NCBI GenBank assembly: GCA_963708135.1
Contig: OY970192.1
Span: forward strand, 800,001-864,000
DNA: 64,000 bases
From: an uncultured Gemmatimonadales bacterium
Lineage (GTDB): Bacteria; Gemmatimonadota; Gemmatimonadetes; Longimicrobiales; RSA9
Direction of reading: 5' to 3'
The notes beneath the pieces are model-generated. The model ran no database searches. It was not told the DNA's origin and saw only the letters and a list, made by a program, of their open reading frames with translations. This document shows positions 1-12,048 of this stretch, in pieces (positions within the stretch are counted from its first letter, which is position 1; every line of letters begins with the position of its first letter). A program made the position numbers and the translations under genes.

Positions 1-588
1 CAGCACGATCGTGGCGCCGAGCTCCAGCGGCCGCTGGTTGAACGGCGTCGCGAAGGTGTTGTCCACGGAGAGCGGCACCCCGGCCTCGCGCGCGACGGCG
101 GCCACGGCGCCGAGGTCCGTGAGCCGCATCATCGGGTTGGTCGGCGTCTCGACGTGGATCAGCCGGGTCTCCGGGCGGAGCGCTTCGCGCACGCGCTCGG
201 CCTCGCGCGTGTCCACGGGCGTGAACTCGATGCCCAGCTTCGCGAACACGGTCTGGAACATCCGGTGCGTGCCGCCGTAGACGTTCTCCTCGTAGATCAC
301 GTGGTCGCCGGCGGACAGCCGCTTCACCACGGCCTCGATGGCGGCCAGCCCGCTGGCGAACGCCATCCCGTGGCGTCCACCCTCGAGCGAGGCGACGTTC
401 TTCTCCAGCGCGCTCCGCGTGGGATTCGTGACCCGCGCGTACTCGTACCCCTCGCGCGGGTGTCCCAGCGACTCCTGGACGTAGGTCGATGTCTGGAAGA
501 TCGGCGGCATGATCGCGCCGGTCGTCGGGTCCGGCGTCTGGCCTGCGTGGACCGCGCGCGTGGCGAAGCGGTCCTCTCTCTCGCTCAT
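1..588 (-). CDS. Cystathionine gamma-synthase/lyase family PLP enzyme (5' part; runs off window)
   Basis: Manual translation MSEREDRFATRAVHAGQTPDPTTGAIMPPIFQTSTY..YARVTNPT..FASGLAA..YGGT..ETPTNP..DNTFATP, typical Cys/Met metabolism motifs. Confidence 0.9.
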   Translation of the reverse strand, partial: MSEREDRFATRAVHAGQTPDPTTGAIMPPIFQTSTYVQESLGHPREGYEYARVTNPTRSALEKNVASLEGGRHGMAFASGLAAIEAVVKRLSAGDHVIYEENVYGGTHRMFQTVFAKLGIEFTPVDTREAERVREALRPETRLIHVETPTNPMMRLTDLGAVAAVAREAGVPLSVDNTFATPFNQRPLELGATIVL

Positions 589-709
589 GATGGGTCGGGG
601 TTCGAGCCTCCGCCCGCGCCCCCCGGCGCGGGATCCGGTCGAAGAATAGGGGCCGGGTGGGGCTTGCCGCCACTCCGGCGGCGCTGGCCGGCCGGGGCGA
701 TGAGCCGCG

Positions 710-910
710 GTGCGAGACGCGAGATGCCGGATGCCGGATGCGGGACGCGGGGTGTGGGGCGCGGGATGCGGGGTGCGCGGCATGCGGGGTGCGGGCGCGG
801 GACGGGGATGCGTTTGCGGGATGCGGCATGCGCGACGCGGGGCGCGCGACGCGGGGCGCGAGATGCGGGATGCGGCATGCGCGACGCGGGACGCGGGAGG
901 CGGGGTGCGG
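710..910. repeat. Degenerate short tandem repeats (GCGGGA/GCGGGT-like)
   Basis: Reiterated gcgggatgcgg/gacgcgggg units in intergenic DNA. Confidence 0.6.
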
Positions 911-1139
911 GGCTCGGAACGGGAGACCCGAGCGAGATCGCGCACTCGGGGCCATCCGAACCGTCGGGATCCCGATTCTTCCCGGATATCGAGCAAAAGA
1001 GGGATCTCGATGTCGCGGGGACGCGAGCGTTGCGCCATCCTTCTCGAAATCCGATCAACATCGGGGCGGCGAGGCCGCGGCGCTGCTCGACTTGCCGATC
1101 TTGATCGGCCAGGCACGGCCCGCCGGCCGCGCCGGCAGG

Positions 1140-1830
1140 GCACCGCCACCCCCCCCGGCCGCTACCGCCGCCGCCTCCGCCCCCCCCCGCCGCCGCCTCC
1201 GCCCCCCCGCCGCCGCCCCGGCCCCGCGCCCCCGCCGCCGCCCCCGCCCCCGCGCCCCCGCCCCCGCGCCCCCGCGCCCGCCGCCCGCCGCCCGCGCCTG
1301 CAGGGCACCGCCCGCGCCGCGCCCCCCGCCCCGCGCCCCGCCGCCCCGGCCTCGCCGCCGCCGCCCCCGCCCCCGCGCCCCCGCCCCCGCCGCCGCCGCC
1401 CCCGCCGCCCCCGCCGCCCCCGCCGCCCCCGCCCCCGCCCCCGCCCCCCGCCGCCGCCCCGGCCGCCCCCGCCCCCGCCGCCCCCGCCCCCGCCGCCCCC
1501 GCCGCCCCCGCCGCCCCCGCCCCCGCCCCCGCCCCCCGCCGCCGCCCCGGCCGCCCCCGCCCCCGCCGCCCCCGCCCCCGCCCCGCCCCCGCCCCGCCGC
1601 CCCCGCCCCCGCCCCCGCCCCGCCCCCGCCCCGCCGCCCCCGCCCCCGCCCCCGCCCCGCCGCCCCCGCCCCCGCCCCCGCCCCGCCCCGCCGCCCCGGC
1701 CGCGCCGCCCCCGCCGCCCGCCGGCCGCGCCTGCAGGGCACCGCCCGCGCCGCGGCCCCCGCCCCGCGCCCCGCCGCCCCGGCCTCGCCGCCGCGCCCCC
1801 GCCCCCGCGCCCCCGCCCCCCCGCGCGGCG
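1140..1830. repeat. ~700 bp C-rich low-complexity tract (CCCCG/CCGCCG)n
   Basis: Almost only C/G; internal duplication cgcgcctgcagggcaccgcccgcgccgc near 1293 and 1726. Confidence 0.85.
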
Positions 1831-2053
1831 GCTCGTCGTCGGGTCGGCCGCTCCGCACGCCGGCCGAGGCCCGCTCTCCCGGGCGGCGGCCTGGACCGGC
1901 CGCCCCCGCCGCCGGTTCGCCCTTGCCCGGCACGGCTCGCCCGGCGATCCTGCGGGGTTCGCCGCCGCGGCCGTGAGCTCCTGCCGTGACGGTGGTTCAC
2001 GCGCCGCTGCCTCGATCCAGATCTCGAGCCCCGACCCCCGAACCGCGAGTCCC

Positions 2054-2887
2054 GTGCAACTTCTCTCCCACACGACGCTCTCGGCCGAGGACGCCTCGCC
2101 GCGGCGGGCCATCCTCTTCCTCCACGGCATCTACGGCGCGGGCCGCAACTGGGCCTCGGTGGCGCGGCGGCTGGTGCGGGCGCGGCCGGAGTGGAGCGCG
2201 GTGCTGGTCGATCTGCGCGAGCACGGCGGCTCGAGCGGCTTCACGCCGCCGCACACGCTGGAGGCCGCGGCTGCGGACCTGGCGCGGCTGGCGACATCGC
2301 TTTCGGTGCCGGTGGACGCCGTGCTGGGCCACTCGTTCGGCGGCAAGGTCGCGCTCGTGTACGCGCGCGCCCACGCGCGAGGGCTCGGGCAGGTCTGGGT
2401 CGTGGACTCGACGCCCGAGGCGGGCGAGCCGCGCGGAAGCGCCTGGGGGATGCTCGGCGTGCTGCGTCGCGTTCCGGGGCCGTTCGAGGAGCGGAGCGAG
2501 GCGATCGCGGCGCTGGAGGTGCAGGGCGTGGCGGGCCCGGTGGCCCAGTGGCTGTCCACGAACCTCGAGTCGCGGGACGGCAAGCTGGTATGGCGCCTGG
2601 ACCTGGAGGCCATGGAGGCGCTGCTCCGCGACTTCTTCCGCACGGACCTCTGGCCCGTGGTCGAGGATCCGCCGGGCGAGCTGCGGCTCCATTTCGTGAA
2701 GGCGGAGGAATCGTCGGTGCTCTCGGAGGTGGCGTGCGCGCGGATCGAGGCGGCCGGGCGGACGAACGGGCGGGTGTTCCTGCACCGCGTCGAGGGCGGC
2801 CACTGGCTGAATGCGGACAACCCCGACGCGCTGCAGGAGCTGCTGGTGAGGCAGCTTCGCGGCGGCCGCGGGTCCCAACCGCCCTGA
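2054..2887 (+). CDS. Alpha/beta hydrolase (YbfF-like esterase)
   Basis: LHGIYG, DLREHG, GHSFGG nucleophile elbow, GHWLNADNP; GTG start chosen downstream of the low-complexity tract. Confidence 0.85.
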   Translation: MQLLSHTTLSAEDASPRRAILFLHGIYGAGRNWASVARRLVRARPEWSAVLVDLREHGGSSGFTPPHTLEAAAADLARLATSLSVPVDAVLGHSFGGKVALVYARAHARGLGQVWVVDSTPEAGEPRGSAWGMLGVLRRVPGPFEERSEAIAALEVQGVAGPVAQWLSTNLESRDGKLVWRLDLEAMEALLRDFFRTDLWPVVEDPPGELRLHFVKAEESSVLSEVACARIEAAGRTNGRVFLHRVEGGHWLNADNPDALQELLVRQLRGGRGSQPP

Positions 2888-3119
2888 CACGGAGGGCTCG
2901 GAGGAAACGGAGAAGACGGAGCGGGGGTGTCGGGTTCGCGGGCGCCTGCCGACGCACCGCGCAGGTGCTGCGACCGTTGACCGATCACGGACGGCGGGCC
3001 AAGTTGGGCGCGCGAGGCCGCCTCCCCCGGGTGTGGCGGCCCCTTTTTTCGGCCATTTTCGCGGGTTGGTGAACGCGTGCCCGCATGCGCATGCGAACCA
3101 GCCGTCTTCCCGAGGAGCC

Positions 3120-4505
3120 ATGGCGTTCGAGATTCCCAGTGGACTGATGGTCAGCGTCTCCGGCGTGCGCGGCCGGGTGGGCGAGGCGCTGGACCCGGAG
3201 GTGGTGGCGCGCTTCGCCGCGGCGTTCGGCGCCTGGCTTCGGGAGGCCGCGGGCGGGCGCCGGGCCCGCGTCGTCCTGGGCCGGGACACCCGCACCTCGG
3301 GGCCGATGTTCGCCCGGGCGGTCGCGGCCGCGCTGCAGTCCGTGGGATGCGACGTCATCGACCTCGGGCTCGCCCCCACGCCGACCACCCTCTTCGCCAT
3401 CCGCCACCACGGCGCCGACGGCGCGATCGTCGTGACGGCCAGCCACAACCCCGTCGAGTGGAACGCGCTCAAGTTCGCCTCCTCGGCGGGGATGTTCCTG
3501 GACGGGGAGCAGGCGGAGCGGATGCGCGCCTATGTTGACGCCCTGCCGATTCCGCGCGCCGGCTGGGACGCCCTGGGCGAGGTCTCGACCGACAGCGGCG
3601 CCATCGAGCGGCACCTCGAGGCGGTCCTCGCGCTGCCCTACCTCGACATCGACGGACTGCGACGTCGCCGATTCCGCGTGGCGCTCGACGCCTGCCACGG
3701 CACCGGCGCCGTGCTGATCCCGCCGCTCCTGGACGCGCTCGGCTGCGAGCTGGTCGGCATCAACCTGGAGCCGGACGGCCGCTTCCACCGCTCCCCCGAG
3801 CCCGTGGCGGAGAACCTGGGCGAGCTCGAGCGGGTCGTCCGCGAGAGCGACGCCGACATCGGCCTGGCCACCGACCCGGACGCCGACCGCCTTTCGCTCG
3901 TCGGCGACCACGGCCGCGCCATCGGCGAGGACTTCACCCTCGCCCTGGCCGCGCAGCTCGTGCTGCGCCACCGCTCCGGCCCCGTCGTCACGAACCTGTC
4001 CACGTCCAGGGTGGTCGAAGACATTGCGGCCGAGGCCGGGGTGGCGCTGGTGCGCACGCCGGTCGGCGAGATCAACGTCGCCCGCCGGATGGAGTCGCTG
4101 CACGCGGTCGTGGGCGGGGAGGGGAACGGCGGGGTGATCCTGCCCGACATCCACCTCACGCGCGACTCCGCCGTGGCGACGGCGCTCGTGCTCCAGCTGC
4201 TGCACGAGACCGCGCAGCCGCTCGACGCGCTGGTGGGCGCGCGCCCCGCGTACACCATCGTGAAGGCCAGGCTGCCGCGCGACGCCGGCTCGCTCGAGGA
4301 CGCCTACGCCCGCCTCGAGGCCGGCCTCGCCGCCCCCGAGACCGACCGGCAGGACGGGCTCCGGCTGGCGTGGCCCGCCGAGGCCCGGTGGCTCCACCTG
4401 CGCGCCTCCGGCACCGAGCCGATCCTACGCATCATCGCCGAGGCGAGGACGCGGGAGCAGGCCGAGGCGTTGGTGGAGCAGGCCCGACAGGCGCTGGAGG
4501 GCTGA
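3120..4505 (+). CDS. glmM: Phosphoglucosamine mutase / phosphomannomutase family
   Basis: SGVRG, TASHNP phosphoserine motif, DPDADR, RASGTEP; adjacent to glmS; GAGGAG RBS. Confidence 0.85.
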   Translation: MAFEIPSGLMVSVSGVRGRVGEALDPEVVARFAAAFGAWLREAAGGRRARVVLGRDTRTSGPMFARAVAAALQSVGCDVIDLGLAPTPTTLFAIRHHGADGAIVVTASHNPVEWNALKFASSAGMFLDGEQAERMRAYVDALPIPRAGWDALGEVSTDSGAIERHLEAVLALPYLDIDGLRRRRFRVALDACHGTGAVLIPPLLDALGCELVGINLEPDGRFHRSPEPVAENLGELERVVRESDADIGLATDPDADRLSLVGDHGRAIGEDFTLALAAQLVLRHRSGPVVTNLSTSRVVEDIAAEAGVALVRTPVGEINVARRMESLHAVVGGEGNGGVILPDIHLTRDSAVATALVLQLLHETAQPLDALVGARPAYTIVKARLPRDAGSLEDAYARLEAGLAAPETDRQDGLRLAWPAEARWLHLRASGTEPILRIIAEARTREQAEALVEQARQALEG

Positions 4506-4882
4506 TCTCTCCGGCCGGAGCCTGGCCCTTCCCGGCGCCATCCCCCCGGCCCCCGGCGGCTGATCTCTCCGGCCGCGGGCTGGCCCTTCCCGGCGCCATC
4601 CCCCCGGCGCCGGACGCGAGGACGCGGGGCGAAGCCGAGCATCGTGACCGCGGGCCGAAGCCTCCCGGCGGAGCAGCGTCCGTTCCCGGGTGTAAACATT
4701 GCGGTTGGGGACGATGCGCCGGGAGCCGACGCCGCCCGGGACCCGGGTGACGCGATCGCGCGGATCGACGTTTCCCCGCGTCCTGGCGGAGCGGGGGTGG
4801 AGGGGCATCCTCCCTCCGGCACCCGGACGTCCGGGAAAAAAGGTTTCACCTTCCAGCACCAAAGAACGAGGTCACGCCACGC

Positions 4883-6715
<1,833 letters not shown>

Positions 6716-6913
6716 AGAGCTGGGCTCCGTTCGTCCGCCCGCGTGTCCGGAGGCCGTTTCCCCCGGGGACGCGGAGGAGCGAAGTCATAGCGCTTCACCC
6801 CGCGTTCTCCGCCACCCTGCGTCTCCGCGTGGAACGCTGCCGAGCCATTCGAGGTGCAGGATCTCAGCCCGAGCGCCGCATCGAGACATCCGATCACCAG
6901 CCGAGGCAAGCGC

Positions 6914-7354
6914 ATGCGTGTCGTGCTCCAGCGTGTCGCCCGCGCCGAGGTCCGCATCGGCGGCCGCGTCGCCGGCCGCATCGGCCGCGGCTTCCTGCTC
7001 CTCGTCGGCTTCCGCGAGGGCGACGACGAGGCCACGCTCGCCTGGATGGCCGACAAGGTCGTGGGCCTGCGGCTCTTCGGCGACGCGGAGGGCAAGATGA
7101 ACGTGGCGCTGGACGACGTCGCCGGAGGCCTCCTCGTCGTCAGCCAGTTCACCCTCTACGGCGACACCCGCAAGGGCCGCCGGCCGAGCTTCGTCGAGGC
7201 GGCCCGCCCCGAGACCGCGATCCCGCTCTACGAGCGATTCCTGCAGCTGCTCCGCGCGCGCGCGCCCGGCCACGTCGAGAGCGGCGAGTTCGGCGCCATG
7301 ATGGACGTGGAGCTCGTCAACGACGGCCCCGTCACCCTCATCCTGGAGCGGTGA
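6914..7354 (+). CDS. dtd: D-aminoacyl-tRNA deacylase
   Basis: MRVVLQRV, SQFTL, KGRRPSF, NDGPVT. Confidence 0.96.
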   Translation: MRVVLQRVARAEVRIGGRVAGRIGRGFLLLVGFREGDDEATLAWMADKVVGLRLFGDAEGKMNVALDDVAGGLLVVSQFTLYGDTRKGRRPSFVEAARPETAIPLYERFLQLLRARAPGHVESGEFGAMMDVELVNDGPVTLILER

Positions 7355-8097
7355 TGGCGGCGGGCTTCGATTCCTCTCCAGGCGACGCTTCCCCGTCAGG
7401 CGACGTGTCCCCCCGCCTGATCCTCGCCTCCGCGTCCCCACGGCGGGCGCAGCTCCTCGCCATGCTCGGCCTCCGCTTCGAGATCGTGCCCTCCGGCATC
7501 CCGGAGGAGGGCCTGCATGGCGAGACGCCCGCCGAGCACGCGCGCGGGCTCGCCGAGAAGAAGGCGCTGGCCGTCGCGGCGTCCCATCCCAATGCGCTCG
7601 TCATCGGAAGTGACACGATCGTCGTGATCGACGGCGAGATCGTGAACAAGCCCGAGGATGAGGAGGACGCCGTCGGCATGCTGATGCGGTTGCAGGGCAG
7701 GGAGCACGAGGTGCACACGGGCGTGGCGGTGGTCGAGACGGGCGGGCGCCGCGGGACCCGGCGCGAGGAGCCGGCGGTGAGCGCAGGGATGGACTGGTCC
7801 GTGGCGCAGAGCGGCGCCTTCCCGACGATCGGCTTGCCGCTTCGTCGCGCCAGCGGCACCGAGTCCGTGCGCGTCCGCTTTCGCCCCTTCGACGAGGCCA
7901 CCGCCCGCGCCTACGTGGCCACCGGCGAGCCCATGGACAAGGCCGGCGCCTACGGCATCCAGGGCTACGGCGCCACGCTGGTCGAGAAGATCGACGGCGA
8001 CTTCTTCGCCGTCATGGGGCTGCCGGTCGTGCGGCTGCTCCGGCTGCTGGAGGAGCTCGGGTACCGGTATGATTTCCGGGGGCTCGAGCGGGGGTAG
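7354..8097 (+). CDS. maf: Maf family nucleoside triphosphate pyrophosphatase
   Basis: LILASASPRR, GSDTIV, KP, DKAGAYGIQG, VMGLP. Confidence 0.92.
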   Translation: MAAGFDSSPGDASPSGDVSPRLILASASPRRAQLLAMLGLRFEIVPSGIPEEGLHGETPAEHARGLAEKKALAVAASHPNALVIGSDTIVVIDGEIVNKPEDEEDAVGMLMRLQGREHEVHTGVAVVETGGRRGTRREEPAVSAGMDWSVAQSGAFPTIGLPLRRASGTESVRVRFRPFDEATARAYVATGEPMDKAGAYGIQGYGATLVEKIDGDFFAVMGLPVVRLLRLLEELGYRYDFRGLERG

Positions 8098-8249
8098 ACT
8101 CGCTGGCGCCCCACGCGCGCTCCCTTCGCGGCGGCCGGCGGTTCCAACGGCCTTGACACGGAGGACTCGAAGAGATCGGAGGCAGCGGAGCCGGGCTCTG
8201 GCGGAGCCCTGGACGGTCGCCGCGGAAGCGGGCACCTCCGGACCCCGTG

Positions 8250-8501
8250 ATTCTTTTCGTTCGCCCTGCCGAGGCCCGACGCCCCGCCTACCTCCTGGTC
8301 CGAGTACGAGGCCCGCATGCTGCCGGCGCGGATCAATCGCAATAGCGCCACCAGCACCTTTTCTTTCGTAAAGGACCGTCCGCATTCGGCGACCCAGCCC
8401 ACTTCAGTGCCGCTGTTCAGCATTCAGAGGATGGATTCGAGATCCTCCACGTCATTCGCCAGCGCGCCCAAGACATACATATCAGGAATCGACTCTATCA
8501 T
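8250..8501 (-). pseudogene. Low-GC gene remnant with internal stop, possibly a decayed immunity gene at the distal end of the cassette stack
   Basis: MIESIPDMYVLGALANDVEDLESIL*MLNSGTEVGW...; lower GC, same strand as the immunity genes; distal boundary approximate. Confidence 0.3.
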
Positions 8502-8521
8502 TGGTCTCTTCCAGGAGCTTT

Positions 8522-9107
8522 CGGACGGCAGCTGCGTGTCCGTCCGGCAGACGCCCGAACTCGCCCCAGTCCACCTGCGCGTGATACCCGGCGCCGTTTC
8601 TTAGCGCACCGTCAGCTCTTCCAGCCGGTGCCGCTCCGTGCGCAGCGGCCGCACGAACGCCTTGAGCTGGGTGATCTGCCCCGAGTAGCCCTCGGCGCGG
8701 ATCTCCCTCAGCAGCACCGTGACGGGCAGCTCCGGGAGCTTCTTCAGCCGCGCCTCCACATACGCCTTGTACGGATCGAGTAGCGTCCGTCGCGGCGGGC
8801 GCGGACCCTAGGCCGGCGGCTCCTCACCCCTCAGGTACCGCCGCACCGTATTCCGGCTGAGCCCCGTCTCGCGGCCGATCGCGCGGATCGAGCGCTCGCC
8901 ACGCACCATGCATTGAATGTCCAACCAGGCCTCCGTCGAGATCATCCCGGCCTCCGGCTGCGTCACCATCACGAGGGTCCGGGATCGGAAGGTAAGCGTT
9001 TCGAGTCGTGGTCTCCGCGGCTGCGCCGCTACGACCCGACTCACCCGCCGCAGGGTGGGTCAGTTTTCAACCGACGCGAGTGGGTCAACTTTCAACCGGC
9101 GATGACA
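8522..9107 (-). mobile_element. istA: Truncated IS21-family element (left end plus istA pseudogene)
   Basis: End TGTCATCGCCGGTTGAAAGTTGACCCAC..GGTTGAAAACTGACCCAC (TG start, tandem internal repeats); SIRAIGRETGLSRNTVRRYL HTH, LDPYKAY, GYSG, with stop codons. Confidence 0.85.
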
Positions 9108-9212
9108 ACGCCGAAGAAGAAGGTGCTGGTCGGCATCGCCCGCAAGGCGACGCGCATGATGTTCCGGGTCGCGGTCGAGCGGCGGCTGTACACGGCCGAG
9201 CCGCCGCGGTAG
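9108..9212 (+). pseudogene. IS110-family recombinase C-terminal remnant (unit 0), cut by IS21
   Basis: TPKKKVLVGIARKATRMMFRVAVERRLYTAEPPR matches C-termini of the intact copies. Confidence 0.9.
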
Positions 9213-9710
9213 GATGACGTAGCAGACAGGCTGGGGCGGGGCGCCGCTGCGCGCTCCCGCTTCCGGCCCGTGCACCGGGTCCAGGCCGGGGCAGAGCGCG
9301 CGAAGATGGATCGAAGGGACCCGCGTGGTCCGCTTCCGAGTGTGGCATTCGCGTACCCCGGCCCTGAGCACGCTCAAGTCTCCCATGTGGGGGTGTTGAG
9401 GGCCCTGCGGGGCGCCTCCGAATACCGACGCGATCGAGCTACGCGTGCTCATGTGGCCGGGGTGCGATTTGACAACAGGAGTCATCCTTTCAGGCGAGAG
9501 GAGCACCGCGTGCTCGCCGGGATGGTGGCCGGGCGTGGATCCGAGGCAGCACGTGAGGGGAGCGATGTCTCCGCCTCCGTCGAGTCGGCTGATCGCGCCC
9601 GGTCCACTCCCGTTGCTGTGACGCGCGGCTGAGGGGCCGGTGCGGATCCGATAATCTGGTCGAGGCGCACCCCGTGCGGCCTCCAAGGTGGCACTCGATC
9701 GCACCGGCCC
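9213..9710 (+). ncRNA. Putative multi-loop bridge/seek RNA region, unit 0 (4 internal loops)
   Basis: Non-coding region downstream of IS110 gene; stem-c-N12-GAGG..GCCTCC-N12-stem hairpins; conserved GGTGCGATTTGACAAC at 9461-9476; transcribed strand inferred. Confidence 0.7.
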
Positions 9711-9717
9711 ATCTGGG

Positions 9718-10008
9718 TCACTCTGCCAGCAGTTGGACTTCGAGTATCTCGCCGACCCCCGCCGCGGCGGCCGCTGTTCGATCGACGGAGTCGGGGTCCA
9801 CTGAGCCCCAGTTCAGAACTTCAAGGACATCGTACACAACCTCGCGCCCCGGGGAGTGTGGGTCTACAGACAGAATCTTGGCGACGACCACCTGACCATC
9901 GGCAAACCGCATCCGGACCCTCTGGTTTGCCAGCGGGATGAGTTCGGTAGCCTTCATCCTTTGCTCCTGTAGAAGTCGCGAGTACCCGGAGATCACTTCC
10001 ACATCCAT
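9718..10008 (-). CDS. Putative immunity protein (unit 0 cargo); true start may be MKATELI
   Basis: Small ORF immediately downstream of the orphan CT. Confidence 0.6.
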   Translation of the reverse strand: MDVEVISGYSRLLQEQRMKATELIPLANQRVRMRFADGQVVVAKILSVDPHSPGREVVYDVLEVLNWGSVDPDSVDRTAAAAAGVGEILEVQLLAE

Positions 10009-10505
10009 CGTTGGATGAGGAGGTGGACATTCCCACCAGTCAGTCTATTCTCCAAATTTCCGACCAATTCGCCCGCGTTGAAATGGCCCGCCGGCTTGAT
10101 CTGCGGCGCACGATAGACTCGATCTCCCGCGACTCGACCGATCTCGGCGCCCGCTCCACGAGCGGCTCGAATTGCGCGCCCTCCAGCGGTCCATATGCGG
10201 CCTGCGATGGTAGCCTCTAATTCACTACCGAGCCGAACGGTGACGTTTTTGACCGCGCCTGCCGCCGTTTCCAGAGCGCGTCCAACGCGTCCAGCTGCTC
10301 TCGCGACAGGAGGCATAGGGAGCATCGCCGTCATGCAGGAAATCGACTCAGCACACGTTGCGAGCACGCCACCTGCGTAGTTCAGCGCAGCGTTGCCTTC
10401 TCCCGTGGCGAGACGGTGCGCGTACCACTCTGACGTGCCCGCTTCACAGTTGTTGAAGTCATCATCGGCAGGCGGACACGAACCGAAGGGATCCGTGTAA
10501 GACGC
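9993..10505 (-). pseudogene. Orphan Rhs C-terminal toxin (unit 0 cargo, no start codon)
   Basis: Begins ASYTDPFGSCPP..; open to HLLIQRWMWK*. Confidence 0.85.
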
Positions 10506-10815
10506 ACCCCTCTACCGCGATTGCCCCGCCTTCCGGCCGACCCAGCAATTCAGCGATCTTATTCGTCTCAAACAGCGTCCCGTACCGTGACCCTGCAGGT
10601 GCAACCCTGAACCGTATCGCTGGGCTGCCGATCGGCTGAAGCCGGGTGGTCGATTCATCGACGTGCTCGGGATTCGCCTCCAGCCTGGCCGGCGTTACGG
10701 TCAACGGTTCGGCTCCGAGCTCCCCACGGCAGGCCTCGGCCGCCGTCTGACCGCGTTTTCTGTCATCGTCCGGTTCACGGTACGTCCCCGGCTCACCTCA
10801 ACCGGGAGACGCACC

Positions 10816-12048
10816 ATGAGCCACTACAAGAAGCGCCAGAGGGCCCAGCGAGCCGCCGCCGTGGTCGGGATCGACGCCGCAAAGCGCAGGCACGCGATGG
10901 TCGTGCGGCCGCGCGGCGGCGAGGACTCGACGCCGATGTTCTTCGAGGCGACGCGCGCCGGCTTCGGCAAGGCCCTGGAGGAGATCGAGGCCTGCGCCCC
11001 TGACGCCGAGCGGCACGAGATCCTGGTCGGCATCGAGTTCGCCGGGAACTACGGCTTCACGCTGGCGCACCACTTCGCGGCCGAGGGCCTCCAGGTCGTG
11101 AGCGTGCTCGGCTCGCACTCGAAGAAGTGGAAGGAGGTCGTCCACAACCAGAGCCTGAAGAGCGACCCGGCCGACGCCGTCACGATCACCGACCTGGCCA
11201 GCCAGGGGCACTTCGTGATCTTCCCCTTCCTCGAGCAGGTATTTGCAGACCTGCGCTACCTCGTGAGCCTGCGCGAGCGCCTGACGAAGCTCCGCACGGG
11301 CGCCATCACGCGCCTCAAGGACGTGCTCCAGGTCGTGTGGCCGGAGTTCGACCGCCGCTTCGGCAACTTCAACCACAAGACGCCGATCGCGCCCCTGGAC
11401 GCCTTCCCGGGGCCCGACGCGCTCCTGAAGGCGTCCAAGCGCCGCATCATGACCGTGCTCCGGAAGGCGAGCCGCGGCCACCTCGGCGAGAAGGCCTATC
11501 AGGAGCTCCGGCACATGGCGGAGCACACCGTCGCCCTTCCGGGGGCCCAGGGCGTGCTCAAGGACGAGATCGCCCTCCAGCTCGAGCTCCTCGCCACCTA
11601 CGAGCGGCAGATGGCCGAGGTCGAGCGGCTCATGGCGGAGTCTGTGTCGAGCGTGCCTGAGGGCGAGGCACTCCTTACGATCCCGAAGCTCGGGGCCGTC
11701 ACCGCGGCGACGTTCCTCGGCTCGATCGGCGATCCGCAGGTCTACGAGTCCAGCCGTCAGGCACTCCGCGTCGGCGGACTGTCGCTCGTCGTCCACGAGA
11801 GCGGCAACCGGCACGGGCGTCCGCGGCTCTCCAAGCGGGGCCGCCCCGAGCTCCGGCGCCAGATGTACATGTTCGCGCTCCGGAGCGTCTCCAACCGGTC
11901 CCTCTACCACGACTACTACCGCCGCATGCTGGAGCGGAACGGTGGCGAGAAGATCCCCGCGCTGGTCGCCGTGATGCGCAAGGCGGCGCGCCTCATGTTC
12001 AGCGTCGCGAAGGACCGGCGCGCCTTCACCATGGAACCACCGCGGTAG
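10816..12048 (+). CDS. IS110-family (DEDD) recombinase, apparently intact
   Basis: GIDAAK, GIEFAGNY, KSDPADA (D-E-D-D); IPKLGAVTAA, HESG serine, SKRGRPELR. Confidence 0.95.
   Translation: MSHYKKRQRAQRAAAVVGIDAAKRRHAMVVRPRGGEDSTPMFFEATRAGFGKALEEIEACAPDAERHEILVGIEFAGNYGFTLAHHFAAEGLQVVSVLGSHSKKWKEVVHNQSLKSDPADAVTITDLASQGHFVIFPFLEQVFADLRYLVSLRERLTKLRTGAITRLKDVLQVVWPEFDRRFGNFNHKTPIAPLDAFPGPDALLKASKRRIMTVLRKASRGHLGEKAYQELRHMAEHTVALPGAQGVLKDEIALQLELLATYERQMAEVERLMAESVSSVPEGEALLTIPKLGAVTAATFLGSIGDPQVYESSRQALRVGGLSLVVHESGNRHGRPRLSKRGRPELRRQMYMFALRSVSNRSLYHDYYRRMLERNGGEKIPALVAVMRKAARLMFSVAKDRRAFTMEPPR

Noticed and set aside
585..2130. Long Pro/Arg/Gly-rich ORFs on both strands
   Set aside because: Products of the stop-free low-complexity tract; only 2054-2887 looks like a real protein.
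4700..4882. Possible glmS ribozyme upstream of glmS
   Set aside because: Could not identify the conserved core by eye; needs an Rfam/Infernal search.
9461..9476. TTGACA in the conserved motif as a -35 box or as the IS right end
   Set aside because: No consistent -10 at 16-18 bp, one copy reads CTGACA, and no Rhs target sequence follows it; left as a conserved RNA motif, though a promoter for the extra loops is not excluded.
10514..10521. ACCGCGAT in the unit 1 left end is identical to 12305-12312 in loop 2, suggesting an intact site with a CT core
   Set aside because: The equivalent positions in units 2 and 4 (AACCCAAT vs GAGGGTAT) do not match, whereas the cargo-start match holds in all five units; treated as coincidence or a secondary contact.
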